Below, in pieces: positions 20,795 to 31,200 of a stretch of 64,000 nt of DNA. The number at the start of each line of letters is the position of its first letter. The stretch's first letter is position 1. The DNA is from Pseudomonadota bacterium (GTDB lineage Bacteria; Pseudomonadota; Gammaproteobacteria; Burkholderiales; Burkholderiaceae_C): contig JAJYTY010000001.1 in assembly GCA_021792835.1 (NCBI GenBank), forward strand, positions 7,722 through 71,721, read 5' to 3'. Made by a program: the position numbers and the translations under genes. The notes below the pieces were generated by a model, which was not told the DNA's origin, searched no databases, and saw only the letters and a program-made list of their open reading frames with translations.

Positions 20795-21232
20795 ATGGTT
20801 TTTCCTTCCGGAAAGTCCTGGGACCCCACGTCCCAGCAGTTCGACTACGACCCCAACGATCCGCGGGTGCAGGAGCTGTTCGCCCAAATCGAGAACCTGC
20901 GGCTGGAGAACCGGGGGCAGTTCAAGCCCGAGCGGGTCCAACTGCGCGGGGCCGGACATGGGGCGGGGCCGTTGAAGGATGTGCAGGGGGCACTGATCGT
21001 CAACGACGATGGCCAGGGTGCGATCACTTTGCTGGCCTCCAGGCCCCTGGAGGAGCATCAGTCGTGCTTTGTGAGGCGCCATCTGGGGACGCCCGGGGAG
21101 AGCGAACGCCTCTACGAGGTGCTGCGCTGCCGTCTGGGAACTCGACCCCAGGATGCCGAGAGCAGGATCTGGATCGCCTATCTCAAGATCATGCCTCGAG
21201 CGGGCATCCAAGCCGATGTGCACCGTCGTTGA
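20795..21232 (+). CDS. Hypothetical 145-aa protein coupled to the upstream GGDEF/EAL gene
   Basis: Strong AAGGAGG RBS overlapping the upstream TAA; no family confidently recognised. Confidence 0.7.
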   Translation: MVFPSGKSWDPTSQQFDYDPNDPRVQELFAQIENLRLENRGQFKPERVQLRGAGHGAGPLKDVQGALIVNDDGQGAITLLASRPLEEHQSCFVRRHLGTPGESERLYEVLRCRLGTRPQDAESRIWIAYLKIMPRAGIQADVHRR

Positions 21233-21291
21233 GCGCTTGCCGAGAACCCGAAGAAATAGACGCCACAACCCGATGCGGCATCGGGCTGCCA

Positions 21292-21522
21292 ATCTACACA
21301 ACGAACTACACCACGAACGCGATCGATAGCATCAACGCGCGGCTGCGCAAGATCATCAAGACCCGCGGACACTTCCCCAGCGACGACGCAGGGGCCAAGC
21401 TGATTGGGCTCGCCCTGCGCAACATCACGGCCGACCGGGGCCGCGCGGCGCACAACTGGAAAGAGGCCATGAACCAATTCGCCATCCTCGACGCCGAGCG
21501 ATTCACGAAACCCATTGCGTAA
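21292..21522 (+). pseudogene. IS256-family transposase C-terminal fragment
   Basis: IYTTN(YTTN)AIDSINARLRKIIKTRGHFPSDDA..KLI.LALRNI...W..AMNQFAIL; the N-terminal part is absent and a small 12-nt duplication is present. Confidence 0.9.
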
Positions 21523-21800
21523 GGTGACCACCGACAGGGTTCTGCGGGAAGGTCGTCGGCTCCAATGAGCGAGAGACTGCGGCTCAATGCACCCCAAGGA
21601 AAGGACGCGCGAACCTCAGGTTTCTCCACCGGCGACCCACGCAATCGATCTGCAACGCCTTTGAGCAATGCGCGCCGCCTCGCATTGAATCGCATCATTC
21701 TGTAGCAGTGCACAGCGCCCGATGCGGGCGGGAGATTACGGTCGAGAGCATCGGCGGGCTAGTATTGATTCAAAGAAGCGGCTCATGCTCTTGGCGCCGC

Positions 21801-22004
21801 CTACGCCGCGTGCAATTCCTCGCGAATCACACGCCGCAGCGCATCCAGCGTCAACGGCTCCTTGCTGGAGGCCTCGCGCAATGCGGCATTGATGAGGGTC
21901 TGGTAGCCAAGCCCCTTCTGCTCGGCCTGCTTTTGGAAAGCATCGATCACGTTCGCATCCAGATAAATGGTGATGCGTTTTTTGCCCATCCTGCTATTGA
22001 GCAT
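21801..22004 (-). CDS. BrnA-type (ribbon-helix-helix) antitoxin, orphan and possibly N-truncated
   Basis: KKRITIYLDANVIDAF...GLGYQTLINAALRE motif; no BrnT-like ORF seen upstream. Confidence 0.75.
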   Translation of the reverse strand: MLNSRMGKKRITIYLDANVIDAFQKQAEQKGLGYQTLINAALREASSKEPLTLDALRRVIREELHAA

Positions 22005-22133
22005 AACCGTGGTCCGAGTTTGCCGCCAATGTGTGATCGACAAGGAACGCACGCTCCTGCACTGCCCTGACCTGGAGAGAGAGATCACGGTTGGCCGTCA
22101 CGCGGCTCAGACCGCTCTTTGCAAGCGCCTAGG

Positions 22134-22214
22134 ATGATCGATTTCAAGGGTGAGTACTTCAATCCAGCCAAGCCGCGATCCCGAACGGTCGGGCGGCCGA
22201 GTGCAACAGGAACC
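22134..22214 (+). pseudogene. Possible internally deleted IS6-family relic
   Basis: Starts MIDFKGEYF (IS6 transposases often begin MxxFKGxxF). 22201-22214 read on the minus strand is GGTTCCTGTTGCAC, close to the IS6 IR GGTTCTGTTGCA. Very short evidence. Confidence 0.3.
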
Positions 22215-22308
22215 GTCTGATGGATGCCCCGCAGGGGGCTGTGGTCAAGGTCATCCACGGCTCCCGCAGCGACGGCATTGACCTGAGCTATGCAATGGAA
22301 AAGCCGAG

Positions 22309-22445
22309 CCAGTCTCGCAGACTTCGCTAATCTGTCTCATCTACTTCGCTAATTTTCGCCCGGAAAGTGGCTTCCAGTCCCATTCACTTCGCTTCACTGA
22401 CAGTGGGAGTCACCGACTCGAAGTGAAGGAAATCTGGCGAAGTCG
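22309..22445 (+). repeat. Composite direct repeat, copy A (three 22-bp-type units forward, two inverted)
   Basis: ACTTCGCTAAT at 22321 and 22343, ACTTCGCT at 22386, inverted CGAAGT at 22419 and 22438; collinear with copy B at +1236 bp. Confidence 0.85.
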
Positions 22446-22472
22446 ACGGATTTTCGCGAGGAACGCTTCGTT

Positions 22473-23234
22473 TCAATGACGCTCTTCGCCAGGTCCGGCC
22501 CGCGGCGCGGCCTCGATCTGGCGGGCCAGCTCGAACATCCAGTCCTTGTCGTAGGCCGATGAGCCGCTCGGGCGGCGCACGTCGTCGAGCACCATCAGCG
22601 TGAAGTCGGTGCCGTTGTCGGCCCAGTCGATCACCGAGCGCACCCGGCCCGAGGGCGCGCGCTGCACGCTGAACACCGCCGGCCAGGGGCCGACCCAGTG
22701 GTGGATGAGTTCGCGCACCATCACCGCAGCGCCCTGGCCGTCGAGTTCGTTCTCTCCGAGTTCGATCACAACGCCGTCGGGGCGCACGAAGTCGCGGCCG
22801 ATGGTGAGTACCGGCTCGCCCGGGCGGGCGGTGTTGTCTCTGAGGCCGAGGAAGCGGAATGCAGAAAGCGCTGTCCCGGCTAGGTTTCGAGGGTGGATCA
22901 ACACCCGTCCCTGGTTCATGCTGGCGAAGTTCGGGTACAGCGCCGCCGCCGGTTCGGGCCACTGCCAGTCGTCCTCGGCGACATCGTCGAAGTCGAATCC
23001 ATCGCGGGCATGCTGGGCATCGAGACGCATGGCTTTTCGCGCCTCCTCCTGCATGGCCGGCGGAAGTTCGTCGATGCCGAAGACGTTGACCTTGCCGATT
23101 TCGACCTGCGGTGGGCCGGAGGCGCCGGGCAGTGGGACGCGCTCGGCGCCGGCGGCCGCGCAGGCGCAAAACGCGAGAAGGAGGGCCGTGGGGCTGCCGC
23201 GGCGTGCGGCATCGTGCAGGGTTCGGGATTTCAT
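22473..23234 (-). CDS. Hypothetical secreted protein (orphan cargo between the two repeats)
   Basis: ~253-aa ORF with a basic N-terminus and hydrophobic signal-like segment (ALLLAFCACAAAGA); no family recognised. Confidence 0.75.
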   Translation of the reverse strand: MKSRTLHDAARRGSPTALLLAFCACAAAGAERVPLPGASGPPQVEIGKVNVFGIDELPPAMQEEARKAMRLDAQHARDGFDFDDVAEDDWQWPEPAAALYPNFASMNQGRVLIHPRNLAGTALSAFRFLGLRDNTARPGEPVLTIGRDFVRPDGVVIELGENELDGQGAAVMVRELIHHWVGPWPAVFSVQRAPSGRVRSVIDWADNGTDFTLMVLDDVRRPSGSSAYDKDWMFELARQIEAAPRAGPGEERH

Positions 23235-23366
23235 GATCACCACTCATCCAGGTTGCAGTCCGTGGCATCCGAGTTCCACATCAGGTATTTGTCTCCGGTG
23301 TGCTGTTTGAGACCCCAGTGGTGCCCGGTGACATGCCCGTACCAGACACGATGGCGACCTTCGTGA

Positions 23367-23456
23367 GTCGTCGTCTACAAAGTCGGGCAGCGTATCGAGG
23401 TCTTGAGCGTGTTGCACTCCCGCCAGCGCTACCCGCAGGGCGGCGAGGATTCATGA
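23367..23456 (+). pseudogene. RelE/ParE-family toxin C-terminal remnant
   Basis: Hand translation VVVYKVGQRIEVLSVLHSRQRYP... matches the RelE/ParE-type IVVYRV...IE.L.VLH.RQ.YP ending. Preceded by an in-frame TGA and an out-of-frame GDLRE. Confidence 0.65.
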
Positions 23457-23544
23457 GTATCGCCGCGAAGGCACGACGCGCACGCCTTGATCAGGGCAAA
23501 GCGGAAAGGCTCCAGTCCGGTGGCGTCAGCTCGGCTCCGCGGAT

Positions 23545-23681
23545 CCAGTTCCGCCGACTTCGCTCATCCGTCGCATCCGCTTCGCTAATGTCCGGCACTA
23601 AAACGCTCACCAGTCGCATCGTCTTCGCTCTGCCGACAGCGGGGGCGGACATCGCGAAGTGAATGCGAATTCGCGAATCAG
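23545..23681 (+). repeat. Composite direct repeat, copy B
   Basis: ACTTCGCTCAT 23557, GCTTCGCTAAT 23579, TCTTCGCT 23622, CGAAGTGAA 23655; 82/119 ungapped identities to copy A by hand count. Confidence 0.85.
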
Positions 23682-23843
23682 GGAATTGCGCTCACTGGCG
23701 ATAGCCAGGCCGCTGCCGACGACGCGCGGTCAGACATGCGGCTGGATCGCGATCGTCAGCTGAACTGCGTGCGGCCTCGATCCGGCGCGTCGCGGGCCTT
23801 GCGAAAAGCTTGGTCGGTCCCTCGCTTGATCGGTCCCTCCGGT

Positions 23844-23860
23844 ATATCAATTGCTGATAT
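23844..23860. promoter_or_regulatory. Palindromic operator candidate for the downstream toxin-antitoxin pair
   Basis: ATATCA-ATTGC-TGATAT perfect inverted repeat 9 bp upstream of ATG 23870. Confidence 0.6.
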
Positions 23861-23869
23861 GCTTGTGCC

Positions 23870-24235
23870 ATGCTGCCATCGCCGGGTCTGTCGACGTTGC
23901 TCGACCTGGACGGGAACATCCTGGACCAGGGGGACGGCTACTGGGTCAAGATTGACGCTCACACGGTCGAGCCGACCGCGGAGATCCCCCATGGCATTCG
24001 CTACTCGCTGACGCTGCATGAACCCTATGGCACGCGGATTCTCGGCTACGACAACGCGCACGCGGTGAAGCCGCCGAAGAAGTTCAAGCATGCCGGGCAC
24101 CGGTACGCCTACGACCACAAGCATCGACACGCCAGGGACCGCGGCGTTCCCTATGAATTCACCGACGCCTACCAACTGCTGAGCGATTTCTTCAGCGAGG
24201 TCGACCGGGTTCTGAAGGACCACAAGCCATCATGA
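23870..24235 (+). CDS. DUF6516-like protein, putative toxin
   Basis: PHGIRYSLTLH...G.RILGYDNAH...DHKH motif typical of DUF6516 proteins (from recall). Confidence 0.75.
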   Translation: MLPSPGLSTLLDLDGNILDQGDGYWVKIDAHTVEPTAEIPHGIRYSLTLHEPYGTRILGYDNAHAVKPPKKFKHAGHRYAYDHKHRHARDRGVPYEFTDAYQLLSDFFSEVDRVLKDHKPS

Positions 24236-24313
24236 GCGCGCCGCGCCGCGCGGCCGCCCCGAAGGCGCGCTCCATTTCGTCGGGGAGCCGAGCATAGCGA
24301 GGAGGGTACAACC

Positions 24314-24664
24314 ATGAGCAAGACCATCGTCATCGGAATCCTGCCGCAGGAGAAGATCCGCGAACGCGTGCTCGCCATCGCCCGCGGCGACTACCGCCCC
24401 AAGCCTTCGGACCCCAAGGTCTGGTTCACCTCGATGCGTTCTCTTGCCGAAGTGCTCAGCGACGACAACCGCGCCCTGCTGCACCTGATCCATGAGTCGA
24501 AGCCGGCGTCGATCAAGGCGCTGGCGGACCTCACCGGGCGCAAGCAGAGCAACCTGTCGAGGACGCTCCGAACCATGTCGCGATATGGCTTCGTCGAGAT
24601 GCTGCGTGAGGATCGGCATGTACGACCCGTGGCGAAGGCCACGGATTTTCGAATCGTGGCGTAG
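24314..24664 (+). CDS. Winged-HTH DNA-binding protein (HVO_A0114/COG4190-like), putative antitoxin/regulator
   Basis: VWFTSMRSLA.VLS..NR.LL..I...KP.SI..LA..TGR..SNLSRTL.TM.RYG.VE; GAGGAGG RBS. Confidence 0.8.
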   Translation: MSKTIVIGILPQEKIRERVLAIARGDYRPKPSDPKVWFTSMRSLAEVLSDDNRALLHLIHESKPASIKALADLTGRKQSNLSRTLRTMSRYGFVEMLREDRHVRPVAKATDFRIVA

Positions 24665-24680
24665 CGTCACCGATGTGGCG

Positions 24681-25606
24681 TCACGCACTCAGCAGCTGCA
24701 CCCCGAAGCGGGCCTGCGAATCGGTCCAGTGCGCGGCGACCTGCCAGCCGGCGCGTGCCGCCAGCTCGGCGAAGCCGTCGACGGTGTACTTGTAGGAGTT
24801 CTCGGTGTGGATGGATTCACCGGCGCGGAATGCCAGGCGCCGGCCGTCCAGCCGCACCGTCTGCGCGCGGCGACTGCGCAGGTGCATCTCGATGCGTCCT
24901 TCGGACTCGTTCCAGATCGCCTCGTGGGCGAAGGACTGCGGGTCGAAGTCAGCGCCGAATTCGCGGTTGATGCGATCCAGCAGGTTCAGGTTGAACGCGG
25001 CCGTCACGCCGCGTGCATCGTCGTAGGCGGCGAGCAAGGTCGCCGGATCCTTGCGCAGGTCGACTCCGACCAGGGCCTGGCGCCCCAGCGCGCGCCAGCG
25101 GCGCAGCAGCGTCAGCGCCTGCGCGGGGTCGAAGTTGCCGAGGGTGGAGCCCGGAAAGAAGAACACCGGGCGGCTTGCCGGCGGCGCGTCGGGGATCGAG
25201 AACGAGGCCGTGAAATCGGCCTGCAGCGGGTGCACCGGCAGTTGCGGAAAACGCTCGCGCACGAGGCGCCGGGCGCCGTCGAGCGCGCTGGGCGAGATCT
25301 CGATCGGCACGAAACCGGCGGGTTCCGGCAGGTGCTGCAGCAGCGTGCAGGCCTTCTCGCCGGAGCCGCAGCCCGGCTCGATGAGCAAGGCGCCGGAGCC
25401 GATGCGCCGCGCCATCTCGGGAGCGTGGCGTTGCAGGATCTCGGTTTCCGCGCGGGTCAGGTAGTACTCCGGCAGTTCGCAGATGGCCTCGAACAGCGCC
25501 GAACCCGTGGTGTCGTACAGGTACGCGCTCGGCAGGCGCTTGGGGTCGTCCAGCAGGCCGTCGAGCACGGCGCTGCGCAGGCGCTCGGCTGCGGCTGGAG
25601 GAAGAT

Positions 25607-25610
<4 letters not shown>
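24681..25610 (-). CDS. egtD: L-histidine N-alpha-trimethyltransferase EgtD
   Basis: PKRLP..YLYD..GS.LFE.IC.LPEYY.TR.E, EPGCGSG.K, FFPGSTLGNF, AFNLNLL.RINRE, TENSYKY. Confidence 0.93.
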
Positions 25611-26869
<1,259 letters not shown>

Positions 26870-27128
26870 GGACGGCTCGCTCGGGTCGATCATAGGCCCG
26901 GCCCGCGCAGGCTTGCACGTCCGGCGCGCCGCCGAGCGTCCCGGCGCACGTTGGCGAAGTCCTTGGCGGACACGCCAGATGTCCGGATCTTGTAAGCCGA
27001 ATCGAGCCTTGTAATGCATTGTGTGCCGGAGTTGCGGTCCGCTCACCGCTGGGAATAGGCTTGCGCGGTCTGCCCTGGAAGCGTCTCGCCGCAGCGCGTC
27101 CAAGGTCCGTCATCCGGAGCCGACCACC

Positions 27129-27959
27129 GTGATCCCCGCCAGGAGCTGGGCCCCTTGTCTCGTCGTCGCGCTGCTGCTTCGACTGCCCGCGGCGTGCGCC
27201 GCGGACTCGCTCGTGCAGCCCCCTGGGTTCATCGCGGCGGCTGCTTCCGCACCCGCGCCCGCACCCGCACCCGGGCCGGCGGCCGCGGCCGCCCAGGGAC
27301 CGACCTGCCCCGTGGCGCGGCTGTGGTCCGCCCATCCATCGTTCGGCAGCGGGCTCGTGGCTACCTATCTGCTGGGCGCCACGCTGGGCGTGCTCGACGT
27401 GGCGGGGCTGCACCGGCTGGACCACCCGATCGCACAGGACAACTCGGGGATCTGGTCGATCGCGCGCACGCCGAACTTCCCGGCGGAGCTGATCGGGCTG
27501 ACCCTTGCCGGCGCGGTGTGGGAGGGCGGGCGCTCGCGCTTCGGGCGCACGCTGTGGCAGAGCATCGACGCGGCGGCGATGGCCGGCATCTCGACGCAGG
27601 CGCTCAAGTGGACCTTCCAGCGCATGCGCCCGTCGACCACGACCAATCCAGACCGCTGGTTCCAGGGGGTGCACAACGCCAGCTTTCCCAGCGGCGACGT
27701 GTCGTCGATCACCGCGCTGGTGACGCCGCTGATCCTCGAATACCACCGTCGCGACCCGATGGTCGACACGCTGGCCGCGCTGCCGGTGTTCGACATGGCG
27801 GCGCGCATGAAGGCCCATGGCCACTGGCTGACCGACACGATGGCCGGTGCCGCGGTCGGCGTGGCGAGCGGCTATTTCGCGCATTCCATGCGCTCCCCGT
27901 TCATCCTCGGCTTGCTTCCCGGCGGCTTCTACGTCGGCCTGCACGAACGCTTCGAGTAG
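27129..27959 (+). CDS. PAP2-superfamily phosphatase-like exported/membrane protein
   Basis: K..F.R.RP (C1), SFPSGD (C2, His replaced by Asp), ARMKAHGHWLTD (C3); signal-like N-terminus. Start uncertain. Confidence 0.82.
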   Translation: MIPARSWAPCLVVALLLRLPAACAADSLVQPPGFIAAAASAPAPAPAPGPAAAAAQGPTCPVARLWSAHPSFGSGLVATYLLGATLGVLDVAGLHRLDHPIAQDNSGIWSIARTPNFPAELIGLTLAGAVWEGGRSRFGRTLWQSIDAAAMAGISTQALKWTFQRMRPSTTTNPDRWFQGVHNASFPSGDVSSITALVTPLILEYHRRDPMVDTLAALPVFDMAARMKAHGHWLTDTMAGAAVGVASGYFAHSMRSPFILGLLPGGFYVGLHERFE

Positions 27960-27988
27960 CGGCCAGCCCGCGGGCATCCCCCGCAGGG

Positions 27989-28004
27989 TGTGAGATATGT
28001 CACG
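27989..28004. promoter_or_regulatory. CRP/FNR-family binding site candidate
   Basis: TGTGA-GATATG-TCACG, one mismatch from TGTGA-N6-TCACA, upstream of a TATACA -10-like hexamer at 28053. Confidence 0.55.
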
Positions 28005-28222
28005 GCCGGGGGCATTTTCTCGCGGCTTCCGTCCCCAAGCCATGCGCTTTCCTATACAACTCGGGACATCCCGCCGATGCGTTGCGCGCGCCGCACGCAC
28101 ACCGTGCCTTCGACCCGACCCGCGAGCCCGACTGTCATGCCGCCGCGACCCCGCGATCCGATCCGTACCCATGAGCGCCGCCACACGTTCGCGTGCCGCG
28201 CCGCCGGGGCATGCGCCGGCCG

Positions 28223-31200
28223 ATGAAGCCGGCGCTGCGCGGATCACTGCTGCGCGGCCTGCTGTGGGTGCCGGCGCTGCTGGTGGGGTTGTGGTTGGTG
28301 ACTCAGGAGCGGGCGGACTTGCGTCAGGCCCGTGAGCAGGTGGCGCGGCAGGCGCGCCGCGCCGCGCTGGCCGACGGGCAGCTGATCCAGCTGCGCCTGA
28401 TGCAGCAGTTCCAGCAACTCGAGTTCGCCGCCCGCGACATCATCGGCGCGCGCGATCCGGCACGACTCGCGCCCAGCCGCCGCCGCCTGCTCGAGCACTT
28501 CGCCGCGCAGCACTCGGAACTGTTCGCGCTGAACCTGCAGTCAGCCGACGGCTCGCGCATCGAGTGGTCGAGCTTGCGCCAATCGGTGAAGCCGATCTTC
28601 GGCGAGCGCGCGTTCACCCCGCTGCCCGGACATCCCGACGACCTGCTCGGGCCCGAGGCCTTCGCGCCGCGCTTTGGCGCCAGCATCCTGGCCATGCGCT
28701 ACCGTATGCACGACGCGGCGGGGCGCACCTTGTATTTCATCGGATCCCCCTATCGCCTCGGTGCGCTGCTGGAAATGCCGCGCCGCACAGGCTGGTTCGT
28801 CGCCGTGCGCGACCTGCGCGACGGCCGCCTGGTCGGCAGCGTGCCGGGGGTGGGCGCCGCGCCGGCACGCGGCAGGGACGCCGGCAGCGTCGAGCAGCCG
28901 ATCGGCCACTTGCCGCTGGCGGTCGAGGTCGCATGGTCGCCAGCGCGGGTGTGGGCGCTGTATCGCCAGGGACTGCCGTGGCGACTGGCGGCGCGAGGCG
29001 CGGTGCTCGCGTTGTTCATCCTGGCCGCGTTCACCATCGCGCGCCTGCTGCGCAGCCGCGAGCGTCTGCTCGAGCAAAGCGCGCAACTGGCGCGCTTCAA
29101 TGCCATGCGCGCGCAGGTCAACCGGGCGATCGTGAAGGCCGCCGACGTGCAGGAGCTGTTGCGCGCGATCTGCGACCTCGCCGTGCTGGACCCGGCCGTC
29201 AGCCTGGCCTGGATCGGCCGCCCCGGCGAGCACGGAACCATGGAGGTGCTGGCGCACGCCGGCCCGGCCGCCGCGTACCTGGACGGCATCGCGGCCGGCG
29301 TCGGACAGCAGGTCGCGCAGCAGCGCAGCGCCGAGTTCCTCGCCTGGCACGAGGGGCGCGCCGTGTTCAGCGCGGCGAGCCGCGATGCGCGCGACGCTGC
29401 GGCGCGCATCGACGAGCGGCAGCGCTTCGGGCTGAGCGCCTCGGCCAGTCTGCCGCTGCGCCGCGGCGGGCAGGTGTGGGCCGTGCTGCACTTGTACGGC
29501 AGCCACGGCAGTGCCTTCGACACCGAACTGCAGCGCACGATGCGCGAACTGGCCGATGACGTGTCCAGCGGCCTCGACCGCCTCGACCTGCTGCGCAGTC
29601 AGGCGCAGTTGCAGCAACAGCACGCGAGCCTGCTGGACAACGCGGTGGCGGGGGTCGTCATGGTGCGCTACCCGGGTGCGCTGATCGTCGAGGCGAACGC
29701 AGCGGTGGCGCGCATCTTCGGCGTGCAGGACCTGCGCGGCGCGCTGGGCAAGGCGGTGGCCGAGGCCGCCCCGACGCTGAATCAGCCGGCGATGATCTCG
29801 GCCACGCGCGAGGTGCTGGGGCGTGGCGGTGTCACGCTGGAGGCGCTCGACATCGTGCGCGAGGACGGCCGGCCTGCCTGCATCACGCTGTCCGGCCAGC
29901 GCATGCCGAGGGATGCCGAGGGCGCGACCGACGTCGTGTGGACCATCGTCGACGTGACCGAACGACAGCAGCTGATGCAGCAGATGGAGCACCTCAGCCA
30001 GATCGATCCGCTGACGGGGCTGCCGAATCGGCGGGCGCTGGAATTCAACCTGGAGCGCGCGGTCGCGCGGGCGCAGCATGCCGGCGCGGCGATCGCCGTC
30101 GGTCTGATCGACCTCGACGACTTCAAGCCGGTCAACGACCGCTGGGGTCATGACGTCGGCGACTCGCTGCTGCAGCAGCTCGGCGAGCGCCTGCGCGCGC
30201 TGTCGCGCAGCACCGACATGATCGCGCGCCTGGGCGGAGACGAATTCGTGCTGGTCATCGAGGACCTCGAGCTCGAGTATGCGCAGGCGCAGCTCGAATT
30301 CATCCTGGAGCGAATGCACCAGGCCGTCGAGACCCCCTTCGACCTCGGCGAGGGACGCAGCGCCAGCGTCGGCATGAGCATGGGCATCGCGGTGGCGCCC
30401 GACGACGGCGCGAGCGCCGAGGCCCTGTTGCGCCTGGCCGACGCGGCGATGTACAGGATCAAGTCGCGCAAGGCCACGCGCGCGCACTGGTGGGCGCGCG
30501 CCGGCAGCGGGCCGGATGGGCAGCCGGCGCCGGGGCAGGAGTCGGCCGACGCGCAACCGGAGCCGCCGTTCGACCCCTTCGCCAGCGACGCGCAGTTGCT
30601 GCTGGCGCGTGTCGAGGCGCTGTTCGAGCGCGCCGAGCGCGAATTCGTCGAGAGCTTCTATGCCGAGCTCGCGCATCGGCAGGACCTGGCGGCGATCCTG
30701 TCCGCGCTGAGTCCCGAGAGCCTGGACGGACTGAAGTCCAGCCAGGCCCGGCATCTGCGCTTCCTGCTCGCCCCGGCGACCTCGGCGGCGAACATCCAGG
30801 TTCGCGCGCGGCGCCTGGGGACCGTGCATGCGCTGGTCGGTGTGGCGCCGTCGTGGCTGAGCGCGTCGATGCAGCTGTACCGCGACCTGCTGCACTGGCA
30901 CCTGGACGCGACGGAGCTGGCGGCGCGGGATCGCCATCGCCTGCAGCGGGTGCTGGACGCGCGCGTGCAGATCGACCTGCAGGCGCAGCTCGACATCATG
31001 CTCGAGGTGCAGAACACCTACAACGCCTATCTCGCGCGTCCGCTGCCGCGCAACGGGCAGGGCTGGGTCGAGGTCGTGCGCGAGAAGCTGCGCGCGCTGG
31101 GCACCTTGCCCGGCATCCAGAGCTGCGCGCTGATGCGTCCCGATGGCGAAGGCCTCTTCGCGGTGCAGGCCAGCGACGGCCCGCGTGCCGCGGACATGGC

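Noticed and set aside
22309-23681. Interpretation of the repeats as integron attC sites or a CRISPR array
   Set aside because: No RYYYAAC/GTTRRRY ends, no intI or cas genes, only two copies, and internal sub-repeats unlike CRISPR repeats.
24295-24306. Identical 12-mer TAGCGAGGAGGG here and at 3219-3230
   Set aside because: Both are extended Shine-Dalgarno regions; most plausibly convergent RBS sequence.
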